Shown: positions 61,042-64,000 of the stretch, one piece after another
How the letters are laid out: the number at the start of each line of letters is the position of its first letter
Position numbering within the stretch: position 1 is the first letter of the stretch
From: Paraspadella gotoi
Lineage: Eukaryota; Animalia; Chaetognatha
NCBI GenBank assembly: GCA_051294375.1
Contig: CM119269.1
Location: 14,767,918 to 14,831,917, forward strand
DNA: 64,000 bases
Direction of reading: 5' to 3'
Translations under genes and position numbers: made by a program
The notes under the pieces: generated by a model
Databases searched by the model: none
Told to the model about the DNA's origin: nothing
Seen by the model: only the letters and a program-made list of their open reading frames with translations

Positions 61042-64000
61042 ATGTCAGTTAATCCAGGTTATTCAGGTAAAGAAACAGTTGTCTATTCCAGCAACCGTCT
61101 TTAGAAAGTGTTTAATGATGCAATAAATTTAACCGCTCATTTAAGAAAAAATTTTAACATATAAACAGACTGATGAATCTTATATTCTTACTGAGCCATC
61201 CATTTTAAATCGTTTCAATATCAATTAAAAATTTTAAAACTTCTTCTAAAGCGACAGAGGAAAACGACATCGGGTCACTCTCAAACTCTGCTAACGATGA
61301 CGACCAGAATTACAGCGCCATCGAAGTACCGAGGGGTGCGTTCAAAAACATTTTTTTAAAGTCTAGGGAGGTACATATAACAGACCAGAACAAAATTCAA
61401 GATCAAACAAAGATACGAGGAAAATCAACAGTCGATGACGATATCATTTTTGTCAGGTCAGGTTAAATGATCCACTAAACGGTTAAAGTGAGCAATCACG
61501 TAATGGTCGTCGTAATCGTTGTCATGTTAATTTGATTCGCGAAAATGTTTTCGTTTAAAATGACGTGACTGACGAAAATAATTTTTCGGTCGATAACACT
61601 TTGGGTTTTTCCTTTCACTAAAATGATTTTAAGTCTGAGTCACCGAGGTCAAAATTTCAAGGCCTTCGATTTCAGAATTGCAAGATTTGCCATCGAACGA
61701 GTTTCAGCTCAAAGACACGGCATCCGGTGGACAACCCAACGAGGGAAACGCCACCTCGCAATCACATCCTGGTATGGAAGATTTAAGCCAAAAAGTGACA
61801 GCGTCCATTGAACGGAGGCGCTAAATATAGAAACCACCTGACGCCACTTCCTCCAGGCGCGAGTTGGATCTACGATTCGGACGACTTCATGGTTTCGGCG
61901 CCGCATCTGGCCGCCTCCAGCGCCACAGTGTCAGACTTCGCCACCCTCGTCCACATTCTCAAGGTACTGGGGAATTTTGGGCAGTCCGCGAATTGTTGTT
62001 TTTGTTGCCGACAATGAAAAAAGCAGGAGTTGGATTTCCCCTTTTCAGTTTTTATCTTATAGCTAAGCGGTGCGGCTTATTAACAAAACACAACGAAAAG
62101 AAAGATAAAACACAATGTCTATCTTATACCTGTAAATGCCTGATTGTTTGCATTTTACACAAGGCCTTCTGCAGCGTGGGTTTGTTGGCAGTCCCCTACG
62201 CTGTCAGCAAGATCGGATTCATCCCTGGCCTCATAGGTGGGAAAATCATTGTTTTTATGCTGCAATAAAAATGTAAATGGCGCATCTCGAACTTAACATT
62301 CATCGAGTTATTTTTTCAGGAATCCCGATCGTCGGCATGTTGATGCTGCATTGCATGAGAATTTTGACGTTAAACGCCAGAGAGTTTTGCAAACTGACGC
62401 GACGCGAAAATGTCGACTATGGGTAAATCAGTGGTTTCAATAATAGAATGTTACTAAGCAAAATTGATCTAACAAAGGAGATATATATGAGTAAATTACC
62501 ATGATGATGTATCTAATTTGCTATCATGGTAACCCTCCACAAAAAATAACTTGTTGGTTCATCTCATAGCTTCTGCTGATATGAATCTTATCTGTTTGCA
62601 TATTTGGTAACACAGGTTTTTGATTAAAATGTTAGTTGACTCCTCTACTTCCGAGTATCGAACCCGAAACACTTTCTGTGCACCAACAGCTTGCCCACTT
62701 ACTCACCGATATAAGTTATAACCCTCCCCTCGATCCCTTCAGCTATGCACTTCAGTTCGCCTTCGAGTTCGGCCCTCCATCCCTCCGCTTCTTCTCTCGC
62801 TTCGCCAAGCGTGCCATCAACGTGCTGCTCGGCATCATGCAGGTCGGCGTCTGCTGTGTCTGCATCGTCTTCATCGCCGATAACTTGGAGCAAGTCATCA
62901 ACTACTACGCCGGGACGGACTTGCCGATTCAGGTCAGCTGAACCGGTTAGGGTTTTCCAAGCGAATCGCCGTGGTTTTCATAAAATTGTCCGTGAAAAAA
63001 GTCATTTAATATGATGACCTTAAATATAACTTTATATGGACATTTAATCGAGACTAAACTTTTAAAATGACCTTTACCCTAAGAATTATTCTTTTAATAT
63101 TAATTTGAGTTATAAATGTAATTTTTTTTAAAATACTAATTCTAAAATATTTTTGGTTTTTCAAATGATTTAATAAGCGGACCAATTTGAATTTGGTCCG
63201 CTGCTAAGATAAAAAGGCTCGATTGTAAGTCTTCTTGAGCCGATTCTCCGGTCATATTCCAGGTTTGGATGGCGGCTGTCTACCCCGTCCTTCTCGGCTT
63301 ATGTTGCATCCGCGAAATCCAAATATTGGCTTATGCTTCAGGTTAACAGATTTTTAGGCGGCTGGAGCAGGACATTTTGATACCGGAAAAATTATTATTA
63401 AATTTACCTAAAGATGAAATAACAATATTTTTCCGTTTTGTAAAGAAAAAAAATTGTTAAACAACCGAGTATTTTAATGTTATTTTGACATTTCCTTTTC
63501 GCTTTCACAGGTTTGGCCTTGGTGATTCAATTCGCCGGCTTCTTCCTCATATTCGTCTACTGCGGTATGGAGGCGTTGCAATGGAACCAAGTGCCGTTCC
63601 ACTTCGATCCGGCGGGGATCCCGGTCTTCCTATCGGCGATGGCCTATTGCTTCGAGGGAACAAACCTCATCCTTCACTTCCACAACCGGATGTCCGACAG
63701 GTCGCGACGCCGAGCGGAGGACATTTTAAGAAAGACTTTTGCTTTTCCATCATTGAACTTTTTCCCTCATTTTCACGTAGAGACGCCCTTCTGCCCTCTC
63801 ACGGTGTTCTTAACACGGCGATCTTCATCGTCGTTATCCTTCAATTCGCTTTCGGATTTTTCGGCTTCATCACCTTCGGTAATCGATACGTTTAATTGTT
63901 GATGTTATCAATAGCCGATTATATAGTTTTAACTAATTTTTGATCTTTATTATTTATTTTAATAACTTTTAAATTTTAGGGAACGAAGCCTTAGGAAGTA
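61042..64000 (+). CDS. Proton-coupled amino-acid transporter-like (SLC36/AAAP family), truncated at the window end
   Basis: ATLVHILKAFCSVGLLAVPYA..HCMRIL..VDYG..QVGVCCVCIVFIADNLEQV..IREIQILAYAS..PVFLSAMAYCFEG..GVLNTAI..FGFFGFITFG. The start at 61042 is inferred from a phase-compatible short exon (MSVNPGYS); alternative upstream exons at 60-60.8 kb are possible. Confidence 0.85.

Noticed and set aside
61677-61771. Extra SLC36 coding exon
   Set aside because: Joining it to the next acceptor creates a stop in the phases tested, whereas the 61258-61456 exon splices in frame directly to ~61831. It could still be an alternative UTR exon.
62501-62579. Box C/D snoRNA (ATGATGA ... CTGA) in an SLC36 intron
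   Set aside because: No terminal stem, the C box is sequestered in a hairpin, and I recognise no rRNA-complementary guide.

Overview
This is eukaryotic nuclear DNA, most likely from an invertebrate animal, with a compact, intron-dense genome. Exons are GC/CpG-rich and introns are AT-rich, mostly 50-120 nt. I rebuilt the exon chains by hand from splice sites and reading phase. Seven consecutive minus-strand genes come first: golgin TRIP11/GMAP-210, HELQ helicase, an SLC8/NCX Na+/Ca2+ exchanger, RECQL4, TBP, ZER1 and a NOX4-type NADPH oxidase. A ~7 kb divergent intergenic region follows, then two plus-strand genes: a 5-Ig-domain single-pass receptor and an SLC36-type amino-acid transporter that runs off the window end. 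The only mobile DNA is non-autonomous: an AT-rich MITE family, a Helentron/DINE-like element nested in one copy, a dispersed ~200-bp repeat, and a fold-back element with an 8-bp TSD. The most notable points are a ~220-nt structured insert filling one RECQL4 intron, an NCX apparently lacking its first Ca2+-binding domain, very tight head-to-tail gene packing (possible polycistronic/trans-spliced unit), and two GC-AG introns. No rRNA, tRNA or CRISPR array was seen. Gene identities rest on motifs I recognise; no database search was run.
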